64,000 nt of DNA from Takakia lepidozioides. Its lineage: Eukaryota; Plantae; Bryophyta. Below the pieces are notes generated by a model, which was given only the letters and a program-made list of their open reading frames with translations, was not told the DNA's origin and did no database searches. The stretch is taken from positions 12,462,001 through 12,526,000 of the forward strand of contig CM060734.1 in the NCBI GenBank assembly GCA_030704615.1, in the 5' to 3' direction. The stretch's first letter is position 1; each line of letters opens with the position of its first letter. A program made the translations under genes and the position numbers. Positions 38,397 to 49,940 of this stretch are shown one piece after another.

Positions 38397-38787
38397 TCTC
38401 ATGAAAACACAAGTGTGCTACAAAACAACTCGAACCTTGCACTCTCAGACTCGAGCTCATCTTTCTCGAGTGATAAGGAAAAGAATGATACAAGCATACA
38501 AGCTCTCTCAAACTCACACACTTGCACATGAAAACATCACTCATATATTAAGTCGAGTCAAGTACACCCCACGCCATGGGGAATCCACACTACGACACCA
38601 TAGCTAGACGCGGTGAGGCTCAACTCGAGAAAGATGAGCCCACCGCGATTTGCCGTGAAGATAACAATGCCAAGTGCCCAAACATATATTGACCCCTGGA
38701 TTGGCACTTGGGTCAATCCCAAATGTCAATATATAAAAGCTAGCTATTTCCTAGCTAACTTCACACTAGTGGTAAAATAACTTGACA
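38397..38787 (-). repeat. 5' LTR of the DNMT-gypsy element (inner boundary approximate)
   Basis: Starts TGTCAAG. Shares TATCTTCACG..GCTCATCT.TCTCGAGTTGAGCCT and TTGGCTCGACTT with LTR 848-1286. Confidence 0.75.
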
Positions 38788-40040
38788 AGGGGATTGGGGA
38801 GATGATGACAATTAGTGAGAGAAAAAGATGTTGGACTGGGTATGTGTGGAGTTGGTGGGTGACGTTGACAAGTGCGGGGTATTGGCAAGTGGGAAGTCCA
38901 AAGGTGGCGATTGGTTGTATGGGTCTGCGGGTAGTGGCGGGTGGGTTAGGAAGAAAGGGAGTCTGATATGTTGGTACAAGGGATACGGTGTTTGTTTGGA
39001 AATATAATGCATATCTTTCTTGGGGGTCGTTGGGAAGTGCGTGGATGATACTGGTGATGGTGGTGGGACCTGGGTTTGGATGAATGTCGCCACAACATAT
39101 TAGCATAAGTGCTTCACATGCGAGATTGTGGGTTTTGTGATGTGATGGGGGGTGATGTAGGGAATGATTGGATGCAAGGGGTTTTTGGTGGTATCTACTA
39201 TGTGGGCAGTGGGTTATAAGGTGAGGTTTGAGGAAAGGAGGGGTGGGGGATGGTGGGTGGAGGATATTATGGTGATGTATGTGGTGGATTTTGTGAAGGA
39301 TAGTAGAGTGACTGAGGGTGGGACTAGAGGTTAGTTTAGCTCTGGTGGGGTTTTGTGTGCGAGCTAGGGAAGTGGTTTTGACAGAGGGTGGGGAGGGGCT
39401 TAGGCCGGTAGGTGGGAGGTATATGTATTAGTGGGGGAGAAAGGAGATAGGTGGGTGTTAGATTTGGGATGACTGAGTTGGGTAATAATACGGACGAGGT
39501 GCTCTGGTGTGCCCTCTGTCTGATTAGCTGCAGCGGGACCACGTGTGCGTAGAGGATGCGCTGGCGGGTGGCAATGGAGTGAGAAGAGCGGGGGGGGGGG
39601 TCGAGCAGATATGAGGGCAGGGTCAGACGTAGATAGGGGTGGACAATGGCCTAGTGGGGGCACATGGTGCGGTCAAGGAGGGTCTTAAATGTTGGTGTTT
39701 GTGTGTAAGGTATCTTGCAGTAGAGTTTTATTATTGGTTGGGGGTGGCTAGGGATGCTAATATTTAACATAGGAGGGGAGGGCGCCAGGCGAGGAGAAGT
39801 TGTCGTAGTCTGATATCGTTGATGAATATGCCCGGGTAGTGTGGATGAATGAGTGTTGTAAGTAGGCGAGGGTGTTGGTTGGATGAACGCGATCGGAGGT
39901 AGTTGGTGGGCGGATGATTGTACCGCTGGATGTACGTCGTGACGGCTGTTGCGTATATTTATGGAGGGGGGTGGCCAGGGATGTATGATGAATACGTGGG
40001 AGGCAACACAAAGGAGGTCCGTTGTGGGGGGGGGGGGGGG
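38788..40040 (-). mobile_element. Pro/Thr/His-rich retroelement ORF fragment with 2A-like motif
   Basis: LMLICCGDIHPNPGP at about 39109-39065. Upstream residues are homologous to 45060-45200. Confidence 0.6.
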
Positions 40041-43000
40041 TGGTAAGTACGGAATACCAAAAGGGCCATGCTTGTACAGGACCCCGACCCCTTGAAAGAT
40101 TCCAATACCCCGGGGTTTTATTCCAAAAGATTCTGTGGCACGGGCAAGAGGGCATGGGCTATTGAAAAGCACGGGGTAGAAATACCCCGGGGTAGTAAAA
40201 GGCAAGGGGTAACTAACCCCATGCTACATGCCTGGGGTACCAGGTATATTATATGGAACGTATATCGTAATATACACGTCGTATATTACTACATACGCAT
40301 AGTATGTTTTTGATATTTTCGATAATCGGGTAAAACTGCCCAGACATGAAGCCTGTTTAGGGATTCGCAGCACGTCTCTCTCTCACGTCCTCTCTCTCAA
40401 GGCGGGCGTTTTCTCTCAAGGCGGGAGTTTTGCTCTGGCAATCTGTTGGCAAAGGAGCTCGAGAAAGCAAAGAGTTATGGCCTTAGCCAACATAATGTTT
40501 TAGAGGGGTTGGAGGGGGATGGGAGTCACCCTCTGCTTGACCCTGAGTGGAGGTTTTGGGATGGCAGTCACACATAGGTGTCTTGGAGACCACTCAAGAC
40601 AACCAGGCAGTTCTGTTAATGGGACTTGAGTACCCGATTGGGATGTCATATGTTGATGACACGGAGGTCTTCAAGGTGTAACAATTTCAACTCGGAACTC
40701 TTATTTTATATGTGTACTTCCTGGGTTGTGTGGCACCGTTAATTATTGCCTTGTGGATTCTTTCAGGCAACATAATATGAGTATGTACATTTGATTGTGA
40801 AAAATGATTACCACACCGTCTCACGTCATGGTTTTGAAATTAAAAGGTCATAAGGAGCTTTGTAGTAATGTCACTATAATTCATAACTGTAATGATATTG
40901 TGTGATATGTAGGTTTGCCTGGAATTCTCTGGTGTGTGATCTCTTCCAATCTGAATGCAACATGGAGTCTCCGGCTCCACCTACTCCTCTGGGCCTCCAG
41001 GTAAAGCAACCTTTGTTTCTGCCTTGTGCAAGTGTTACATCAGCATGTTCATGATGGATAGCTTGCATTGACCTCCACAATACCTTTCCCGGGTTGTGCC
41101 TTTGCTACGGATGTTGACTTGGGGTGGTGTGTGAACATGGCATCACCAAGCATGCCATCCGATCCCCTGGAAATGGATGCCCAGGAAATGGATGGAATGG
41201 AGAGGATGTTGGCCTCCGTGTGCCCCCCCTTTAGTCTTAAAGAGTTAAATAGCCCCATTCACTTTGATCGGCTGTAGCCATTTATTTTTCTGATTCTTTA
41301 CACTGTGTCATGACATGGCTCACGGCACCACACTGCAGTTCCTGGAAACTCAGCATACACCCTTGGCACCAATGTGATCGCAAGACGACTTGCAAGCTGC
41401 CTGATCCCCCATCCGCGGAAGGCGAGGGCTGGGAAACTCTCACATCATCTGATCCGAGCACTGCCCCCAAGCATGACTTAAGCTCTGGAGTCTTAGTACC
41501 GCATCATCGGCCTCTTCCGTATCATGTCAACACTCCTTCGCATGCTGCGCTTTCAGCTCCAGGTTTGATGCACGATCTCATGATGCGTACTCATATCTTA
41601 TCTGCATTACTGTCCTTCGTTAAGGTCTTAAAGTTCACTTGTTGGTGGCTCTATGGTCATTTAAGTCGAGCACTTCGTGAACTTGTCGTTTCAGCGTGCT
41701 TGACCACTTGGCATACTACCCGAGCCACTACTCGTTCTGGAGGGCGCTGGACTATACAGAGGCGTCTTCCCCCAACTCAAAACATGGGCTCCTTGGTTTG
41801 GCTTCGCAAGCTGATTTATTATATGGTGCTCATCTTCACTGTTGAACAGCTCCTGCCTATCACGATTGCGCACCAGGGCAATCTTTACAACCCGTCTTCA
41901 TTGGATTGGCCATGTTGTTATAGTAAGGTGTGTGTGTCAAGGCAAATTTTGCACCTTGTTGCTTCCCAAGAGATGCCTCTAAGCTCCATGCTTCACAGCC
42001 TGTTTAAGAACAGGGAGGAAGGAAAGGCCCCCCGCGACCTTGGTCTGCTGAAGAAGCCATCAAGGCATTTTACAGGATCTCTACAGCTTCGATTTGTGAG
42101 ACTCGAAGAAACCCCAAGCCCACCCCGGGCTGCCATCCGAGATGATGTCGTTGTCCGAAATGCGTCGGAGTCCCCTACCTCGACAGCGGCCGTGTCAATG
42201 CTCTACCACTACACGACACCGAAGTGGCTGCTGATGGAGACCACCTTTTTTGCACTACAACGGTCCCACACTTACATTCACGGTGCTCCCGTCCCAGCTG
42301 ATGAGCCCGTGCAGGGTTCTGCTACGTCGGGCAACCTGACTCTGTACTTCCATACTTCGTCATTGATGCGCAAGAGCCCCGGCTGCTCGACCCTACAACT
42401 GTTCTAGCTCCCGACTTACCGCCCATTGAGTAAAAGCTCCCAGCTCCCAGCTCCCACCTTCCATCACTCCAGTTAATCAACAAGTTGGGCAGTCAGAGGT
42501 GGTACCCGATGTCCCACCGACAACAAGCATTGGAGCACCATCTTTGAGGAGGCATTTGCTGCCAAAAAGCCCCACCAAACACTGTTGCTCAGAGGTGTGT
42601 CCCTGTGGACAGTGGTCGTTCAAGGCAATCATCTAACAAACTGGAGGGGTCAGGCGATAGCTGGGTGGATGTTGCACAAACAGCAACAGCAGCTCACGTT
42701 TCTTCCTCATCGAGCAACAATTCAAAAACCAAAACCCCCCGGCTCACCAACATCTTCAAAAGTGACCTGGTCATCTCAGCATTTTTAGACCTGCATCTGG
42801 CACCAGCTAGTATGCTCAAGTAGCTGGCACCCTACTTTCACCGAATCTCGCAACAGATGCGGTTTCTTGGGCTGCCGTTGCTACACGATATCAGCATGAA
42901 AGAAGCTTCGGAGTACCAGAAAGCGTATCTTATTCTGAATCCGTCCAGGAGGCCACGCTTCATCAATTGTCGCACAATGGTGCTTTTACGCAAGGCAAGC

Positions 43001-43380
43001 CGCAATGCTGCGAACACCAGCCGACATGCTCGAATATTGATCACGCCCAATTTGGAGACTCGTTGTTCATGGTGGGCCGAACATTGTAGACCAGATAAGC
43101 AACAGACCACTATCCTCCTTTCTGCTTACCTATGTTGTGCTCAATGTGCCCCCCATGTAATCTCTGGAAATTATACACTACCATTTCACCTATATGTGTC
43201 TTGGAAATGCACCGAAATATTCACCTCCAAACATGTCATTTACAGGGGAGACTCAAAAAGTTCTAAACTTACCAAGGCCATGACCTCTTTTCTATCAGCT
43301 GCATTGCCGACAATAACTACCCACATAGACGGTGCTCATTTATAGACCAATTTTAAAAAAAAAAACATAAGCTAGTTAAA

Positions 43381-44134
43381 CAGGTGTGCTGGCAAATGCA
43401 CGCTTGAGCAGTGCGGGTGGCATCAAGTTAGTCCACCATAGCCGTGGACGATGAGCCCGTGACCCCACTGTAGCTGCATCCAGCAACACTGCTGACCCAA
43501 GCCACGACCGGACTTGATGCATACTGGCCATCACCCTGGCCCGAGAATCGCCCATCAATGGCACATTCTCCAAGATGTATGTTGGAGATACAGCTTGATG
43601 AAGCTGCAAGTGGCGCAAAACCAGCACCATCTCCCAAAACAGACCCGACCTTGAGTCTCGCAATCCATTGTCATGTCGGGCTGATGAATGTCCTTGGCAG
43701 GGCCAACCTGCCACTACCAGATCAATGGAGCCAACCCGCTCCAAATCCTGCGCCCCCAGCAACGAAATGTCTGCTGGCAAGGCCTGCTGATATCCACAAA
43801 CTGCAGATACCGGCAACAACTCAGGAAACTGCTGCACCAACTGAGCAACATGACAAAGTGAAACGTGTCGTGCAGTCTCATCCCTCTCCACATACAGGTA
43901 ACGCCGAACTCCATGTAACACAGCAGCCAATCCGGTGCTGATCCCGCCAATCAAGTCCAGAAACAAATGTCTTCATCCGGATACTGCCACACGATCGGTG
44001 TGGTGTCCAATGGTGACAACTGAGGTGGTCCTGGTGCAATCCCCGCACTATACTCCTCTCTTGACGGTACAAAAGCCTCTACCCAGGCTTGTTGCACCTG
44101 TCGATCAGCAACCCGCTGCAAATCTTTGCTCGAG
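43381..44134 (-). pseudogene. Second copy of the retrotransposon DNMT domain (motifs I-VIII)
   Basis: High nucleotide identity to 32950-33695. LDLIGGISTG, LPADISLL, AGWPCQGHS, ILENVP and GSRAHRPRLWWTN lie in one open frame, 43966-43376. Confidence 0.9.
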
Positions 44135-44139
44135 CTTCT

Positions 44140-44556
44140 CGGGGGGACAAAAAGCCAGCAGACAACCCAACTTCATTCCCTCGGATGGAATTTCCATCCT
44201 GGGGGTTGGATGAAAAGTTCTCGTGGGGAGAGAAAGCCAGCAGGCAGCCCAACTTCATTCCCTTGGATGGAAATTCGGCACCGAATTTCCATCCTAGGGC
44301 TTGGATGAAAAGTTCTCGGGGGCAGAGAGAGCCAGTTGGCAGCTCAACTTGATCCCCCAAATGGAAATTCGGCGCGAAAGCTTCTTGGGGGGAGAGAAAG
44401 CCAACATGCAACCCAACTTCATTCCCTCGGATGGAAATTTGGCACCGCATTTCCATCCTGGGGGATTGGGTGAAAAGTTCTCGAGGGGAGAGAGAGCTAG
44501 CTGGCAGCCCAACTTCATCCCCCATGATGGAAATTCGGCACCGAATTTCCATCCCA
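44140..44556. repeat. Tandem array (about 80-85 bp unit) with GATGGAAATTCGGCACCGAATTTCCATC palindrome
   Basis: About five units with CAGCCCAACTTCATTCCC and the palindromic core. Confidence 0.85.
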
Positions 44557-44969
44557 GGGGGTTATTTTTTTTCCGCCGTGAAGAAGAACGCGAAGACACC
44601 CGGTGGTGGTTTCCTCCACAGCTCCAACTTGTCGCAATGAAAGTTTTCGCCCACCGCGGCAGTCACCCTCCTCTGGGATTCAGTTTCCGGGTCTCCAAAG
44701 GGGGGCCGAGGGCCACACACAAACCTCTTCTCGTTCCTTTCGTGGGTGGACGTAAGGCCCTGGACCACTCTTACGCACAAATAGGAATACGTCCAGATTC
44801 GGGAGGTGGTGCGCAGGCTGCAATAGTCGGCATGGGAGGTTCATGGCAACGAAAGCATGACGGCTTGGGGGGGAATCCAGCCAAATAACTTCCCGCTGCA
44901 TAAGCAGAGGGGCCGGCCCACACATGAAGAAGAAAAAAAATGCCAAAAACTTGTCCCCCGCGAAAGAGC

Positions 44970-46388
44970 AAGGAGAGGGTGTGGGAGGTTGTTAATAATG
45001 CTGGTGATCGTAAGGGGTCCCGGGTTGGGATGGATGTCCCCGCAGCGTAGAAGCATAAGCTGTGTGCATGCTAGTCGATAGGCCTTGTAGTGGGATGGTG
45101 GGTGGTGGTAGGAGTGTTTGGATGCAGATGGTTGGCAGTGGTATCTGTCGTGTGGGCAGTGGGTTAGGAGGTGGCTTTTGAGTGGTCGGGGCCGGATAGG
45201 GAAATTTGGGGGGTGGCTAGTGTATGATAATATGTGGGGGATGATTTTTCCAGTATTGTAACTGGTATGGGTGGAGCTGGTTGCTGGCGTGTGTGCAGAG
45301 GGATTAATTGTGCTTAGATTAGTGAGGGGGCATGCCGGGCGGTCATGGTATGGGGTAAGGGTGGACTTCGGGTAGGTGGTGGGTTTGGGACTTAGATGGG
45401 AAAAGAAGAGGTAGGTGGGCGGGTCATGTAGATGGATGTAGTTGGATAAATGTACGGATGGGATTTCTTTTTGCTGGATGAGGTGGCGGTGTGTGATGTT
45501 AGGGATGATGGTGTGGGGATTTAGGTAAAGGGGGGACATGTAATATGATACAGATTTAAAAACGAGATGTGCATATTCTTTATAAAAAAATTGTCCTGGG
45601 GGTTGGGAGGACAACATGAAAGAAGTTCTAGTGGAGTACCATGTGTGAAGCATTGTGGTGATGGGTGACACAGTTCTAATCGGGGAGGGGATTGGAGAAA
45701 CTTGAGCATGAGTTGGATAGGTGGTGGTATGTGGGCTGAGTGGATTGGGAATCAAAGGTGTATAGTGAATCCTTGGGACATCAGGAATGGGAAAAAATGA
45801 CAGGTCGCTGCATGGGGATCTGGGGTTGAGATGTGTGTGTAGTGGTACTTTTTGGGCACAAGTGTTCTGATATAAGGATTGTGCATTGTGCTGAATAGAG
45901 GATGAATGATAAACATCTAGGGAACGACGGCGAGGAGAGGATGGATGATAAACGCCTGGGGAACCATGATTAGTAGAGGATGGATGATAATTATCTAGAG
46001 AATGATGGCGAAAAGAGGATGGATGATAATCGTTTAGGAAGCGATGACGAGTAGATGATGGATGGTAATCGTCTAGGAGACGATGAATAGTGAAGTGGTG
46101 ATAGTATATCTCGTGAGAGACATTGAGTAGAAACATGGAGTAATTTTTTTGGTGTAAAATCATGGAGAATAGAGAGTAATATTGGTGTGAGGTTGTTTGA
46201 AATAGGGAGAGCCCAAATGCCCCAACAGCTTGGGGGGGGGAGATCGATGATGTTGAGTAATTCTTGCTTGAAACTGAACCTGAAAAAAGAAGATGATGAT
46301 TAGAATGGTGATCAAGGGGCATCAAATATATGGTGTAGATGGTATCAAGGAACAAGACCTTGTCATATAATTGGGGAGAAATATACAT
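44970..46388 (-). mobile_element. Pro/Thr/His-rich ORF with YHPSS repeats and 2A-like motif
   Basis: Part of ORF 44841-46388. Five 13-aa YHPSS-type repeats. LMLLRCGDIHPNPGP at about 45059-45015. Confidence 0.6.
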
Positions 46389-46449
46389 GCTAGGTAGACA
46401 TTGTGTGGTTCTGGTATAACAGCATACACATGAAATGTTTATATGAAGA

Positions 46450-47104
46450 GGTCCAAGTATTGGCCTCCAAGGACCTTCAACATTCCTCCAACAACCCTTA
46501 AGAAGCTCCTCAAATCTGCCAAGTATTTGCCTCCAAGGACCTCCAACAGTCTTCCAACAGCCTCCTCAAATCTGACAAGTATTGGCCTCCAAGGACCTCC
46601 AACATTCCTCCAACCAGCCCTCACAAGGCTCCACAGGCCTGCCAAACATTGGCATCAAAGGACCCCAAATAGTCCTTCAAACAGCCCCAAGCAGGCTCCA
46701 CAAGCCTGCAAGATATTGGCTTCAATAGACCCCAAATAGTCCTCAAAGCACGCCCCAATACTTGTTAGATATTGGCCTCAATAGACCCCAAATAGTCCTC
46801 AAAGCAGGCCCCAATACCTGCAAGATATTGGCCTCAATAGACCCCAAATAGTCCTCAAAAAGCCCCCAAAAGGCTCCAAAAATATCCACAGTCAGTCGAT
46901 TTTTCATCCGTCACTGACCAAATTTCATCCAAACCGCGATTTCTCATCCGTAGGTTCGATATTTCATCCGCCATGATAGTTCATCCGTTGGTGCGATATT
47001 TCATCCGCTGGCACGATTTCATCCGCTGACGCAGTTTCATCCGTCGCCACGATTTTTCATCCGATAGCGCGATAGTTCATCCGCTACCACGATTTCATCC
47101 GTGG
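46450..47104. repeat. Two adjacent tandem arrays (TATTGGCCTC-containing units, then TTTCATCCG units)
   Basis: GATATTGGCCTCAATAGACCCCAAATAGTCCTCAAA occurs three times at 46712-46860. TTCATCC(G) occurs about ten times at 46900-47101. Confidence 0.8.
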
Positions 47105-47107
47105 GTT

Positions 47108-47797
47108 TTGCCGGAGCAACACCTGCGTCAACACCTCTTTGTACCCCTACACTTCAACGGAGTAGAGGATTACAGCAGCAATCCATGCAAGAAGGTCTTA
47201 ACTTGTCTGCGAAAAGACAGTTGGAGAAAAAATGAACGCAGTTTTTCTTCAAGGCCAACATACCATTTAATGTGGCAAAGCTCCCGGCATTTGTTTCTGC
47301 CGTTAGAGCAACCTCGGAGTCCAGATCCACGTACGTGCCTCCGACTTATCACAATCTCCGCACATGATTGCTAAAAGACGCCATGACCGAGTTTACCCAA
47401 AAGGTCAACGATAGGACAGGCGAGTGCATCAGAAAATATGGAAGCACTATATGTGCCGATGGTTGGAGTTCTGTCACAAACAGACCATTGTTCAATGTCA
47501 TGCTCGTATGTCCAGCTGGGGAACAATTCTTGGAATCGGTCGACACTAGCGGCGAGAAAAAAGATGGACGTTATCAATGCCAACTATTGACGGATTTCAT
47601 CGAACAGGTCGGAAGTGATAGAATCGTGCAAATATGCACAAATAATGTCGCTAACATGAGAAACACTGCAGACATGTTGTTGGCACGTTATCCCCATATG
47701 TACTATCAAGGTTGTGCTGCTCATATCCTTGATCTCCTTTTGGAAGATTGGGGAAAAGAACAGTGAATGAAACAACTTGTCAAGCGAGCGAAGACTG
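47108..47797 (+). pseudogene. hAT transposase internal fragment
   Basis: Near-identical to the reverse complement of about 24720-25410 (TICADGWSSVTNRPLFNVML..CAAHILDLLLEDW). Confidence 0.9.
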
Positions 47798-47899
47798 TGA
47801 GTTGATGTTGCGAGCTGCAAAAAGATCGGGGGATCCAAACAAAATTGCCAGAGCTGTCAGCATGTGTGCGGAGGTCAATAGTTCATCCGATGGGACAAT

Positions 47900-48996
47900 G
47901 GTGGTGCTCCCAACCCTGGGCAATGTTCCCACGCGTTCCTACACGTTCCCAAGGAGTTCCCAAGCGTTCTCACGCATTCCTTCGAGTTCCCAAGGAGTTC
48001 ACACGCGTTCCCAAGCTGCGGTTTGCGCCGTTTTGCCTCTGTGATTGCTGCAACGAGCTATGGCTTCTATGGAGCTGTTCTTGATTTCTTGAGCATCAAT
48101 AGATCACCAAGAGTGCCTCTAACTCCCTGAGCAAGCTATTTGCCACACAACAAGCTCTCTTTCTCTATGGAATTTATTGAAACAAGCATAAAACAAGCTA
48201 TTGAGCTTTCTATGGCATACCCTCTTCTAGCCATCGCATGCACTCATAGTGCTGCACCTCTTAGAGCTCATAATCCAGTCCTGCACTTGCCATTTCCATA
48301 GACATGCTATTCCCAAGCTTGGGATTGAAACCCCAACTCAAAGCATGCTCTATAAAATACACTATTTTGCCCCAAAGAGAAATCAGATGTCTACCTCCAC
48401 TCATAGCTTTCCTAAGCTTGAAATTGAAGACTCCCACAAGCTGAAACCACGCTCCACACATGCACCGCTTGCTCCACCCGAGCTCTTCTTAAACTCCTCA
48501 AACCCTGCAACACTTGCAAAATAAGAGCTTCTTCACAAGCTCTCAAACTTTTCAATGGGGCTCTCCTTGAAGACCTCCTCTTGTACATAAACACCACAAG
48601 GCTTTCTTCTTGCAAACCCTGCAACACCTTGTAACTTAAGAACTATCTACCAAGCTCTCTTCCACACACAAGTGCTAACTATGCTAACACTTTGCACTCA
48701 TAGATGTAAGCAAGTCTTCTTCTAGTGATATGAAAATGGTGAAAAGAGAAGAAACCACTCTATCACATTATATAAGTCAAGCCAATGGCACCCTCGGGAG
48801 GCTCGACTAGAAGAAGACGAGCCTGCCTACGTCTCACGTGGAGATAACCTCCCCACGTCCCAAGTGAGGTTCGCCACCTCACTTGGCACATGGAACGAAA
48901 TGAAGTCCCAATGCCAACAAAATACAAATATAATGTATAATGTCCTAATTAGCTAGAAATAACTATTTCTAACTAATCACAAACAAAACCATGACA
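47900..48996 (-). mobile_element. Diverged LTR + leader of a related gypsy family
   Basis: Starts TGTCATGG at 48996. The CGTTCCC repeats and GATTGAAAC.CCAACTCA block resemble 37890-38320. Confidence 0.6.
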
Positions 48997-49679
48997 ACCC
49001 TGCTAGTATAGAACCCAAGTTTGACACTGAGTGATAGTGACTGATGGGATAGAGAAGCAATGAGTGATGTTCATTTTAGCACCCCGAATTGTGACAAACC
49101 ATATGCAGTTGTTCTGGAGAGCAGGCAATGGACGGACATTCCAGATACGAGGAGAAGTATAATAGACAGAATAATTTGTGACATATGCTTTCCTGCTTGG
49201 TGACCACTATGCATTACAACTATTGGGATTCACTACACTACTTCATGACAACAGCTAAAGGCGCTTGTGAAGGAATGCAAAATCTCACCCAAAATCGAGT
49301 TCGCGAAGTCTTTGCTCTATGTCTGCTCACGAATGGTGGATCCACGATGAAGCGCTGATGGAATTCTAAGCCCTTGCGAATTCGAGCTAAACCTGCGGGG
49401 GATTTTGCAAAATTGGCAGCAGCACTGCGTTGCATCATGTATGTTCCCCTCATGTGCATGAATGGTTCTATTACGCGTTCCCAAGAATTGATGAAGATAC
49501 CCATCAACAGCTTCATATTGACTAAATTGTGCCCAGTTATAATGTAAACCCACCTGTTCTCGCATGCTAGCAGCCTGTAGCTTCAATTTAGCAAAATTGG
49601 CCATTGAGGTGCCCACAACAAGAGAAACAGGGGAAAGGCTTACCTTATAAGGGTGGTCTTCGCCATTGTGAAGACACAT

Positions 49680-49940
49680 GGTGCTGTCAACAAGATCAAT
49701 GCTGGCTTCAGCTGCCTTCATCCAGTCTAAACCGAGTAGAAACTGTTCGCCCAGGGTGACGATGCACGTGAGAGTGACAGTCTTGCCACTAATGCGGATA
49801 GGTAACGTGACCAACCCAAGAGGCTCATAGGCTGTGCCATCTGGTTACCTCCAGCCCCTTAGTATACTATAGTTTAAACCCCAACACACGAACAACACTA
49901 AGGGGTATGGCAGACATTGTACAGCCAGTGTCGATAATGC
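49680..49940 (-). pseudogene. Retropepsin remnant
   Basis: IIDTGCT..FLLGLDWMKAAEASIDL. Confidence 0.7.

Larger units (their letters stand above)
30617..38787 (-). mobile_element. Ty3/gypsy LTR retrotransposon: LTR-leader-gag-PR-DNMT-RT-RNaseH
   Basis: Collinear domain order on the minus strand from the LTR start TGTCAAG at 38787. The integrase portion is adjacent but on the opposite strand. Confidence 0.9.

Noticed and set aside
36540-38397. tRNA primer-binding site of the DNMT-gypsy element
   Set aside because: No convincing TGG-initiated tRNA complement was found near the inferred LTR end, so none is annotated.
41310-42407. 365-aa ORF as a gene
   Set aside because: No recognisable motif or supporting splice structure, so no product can be supported.
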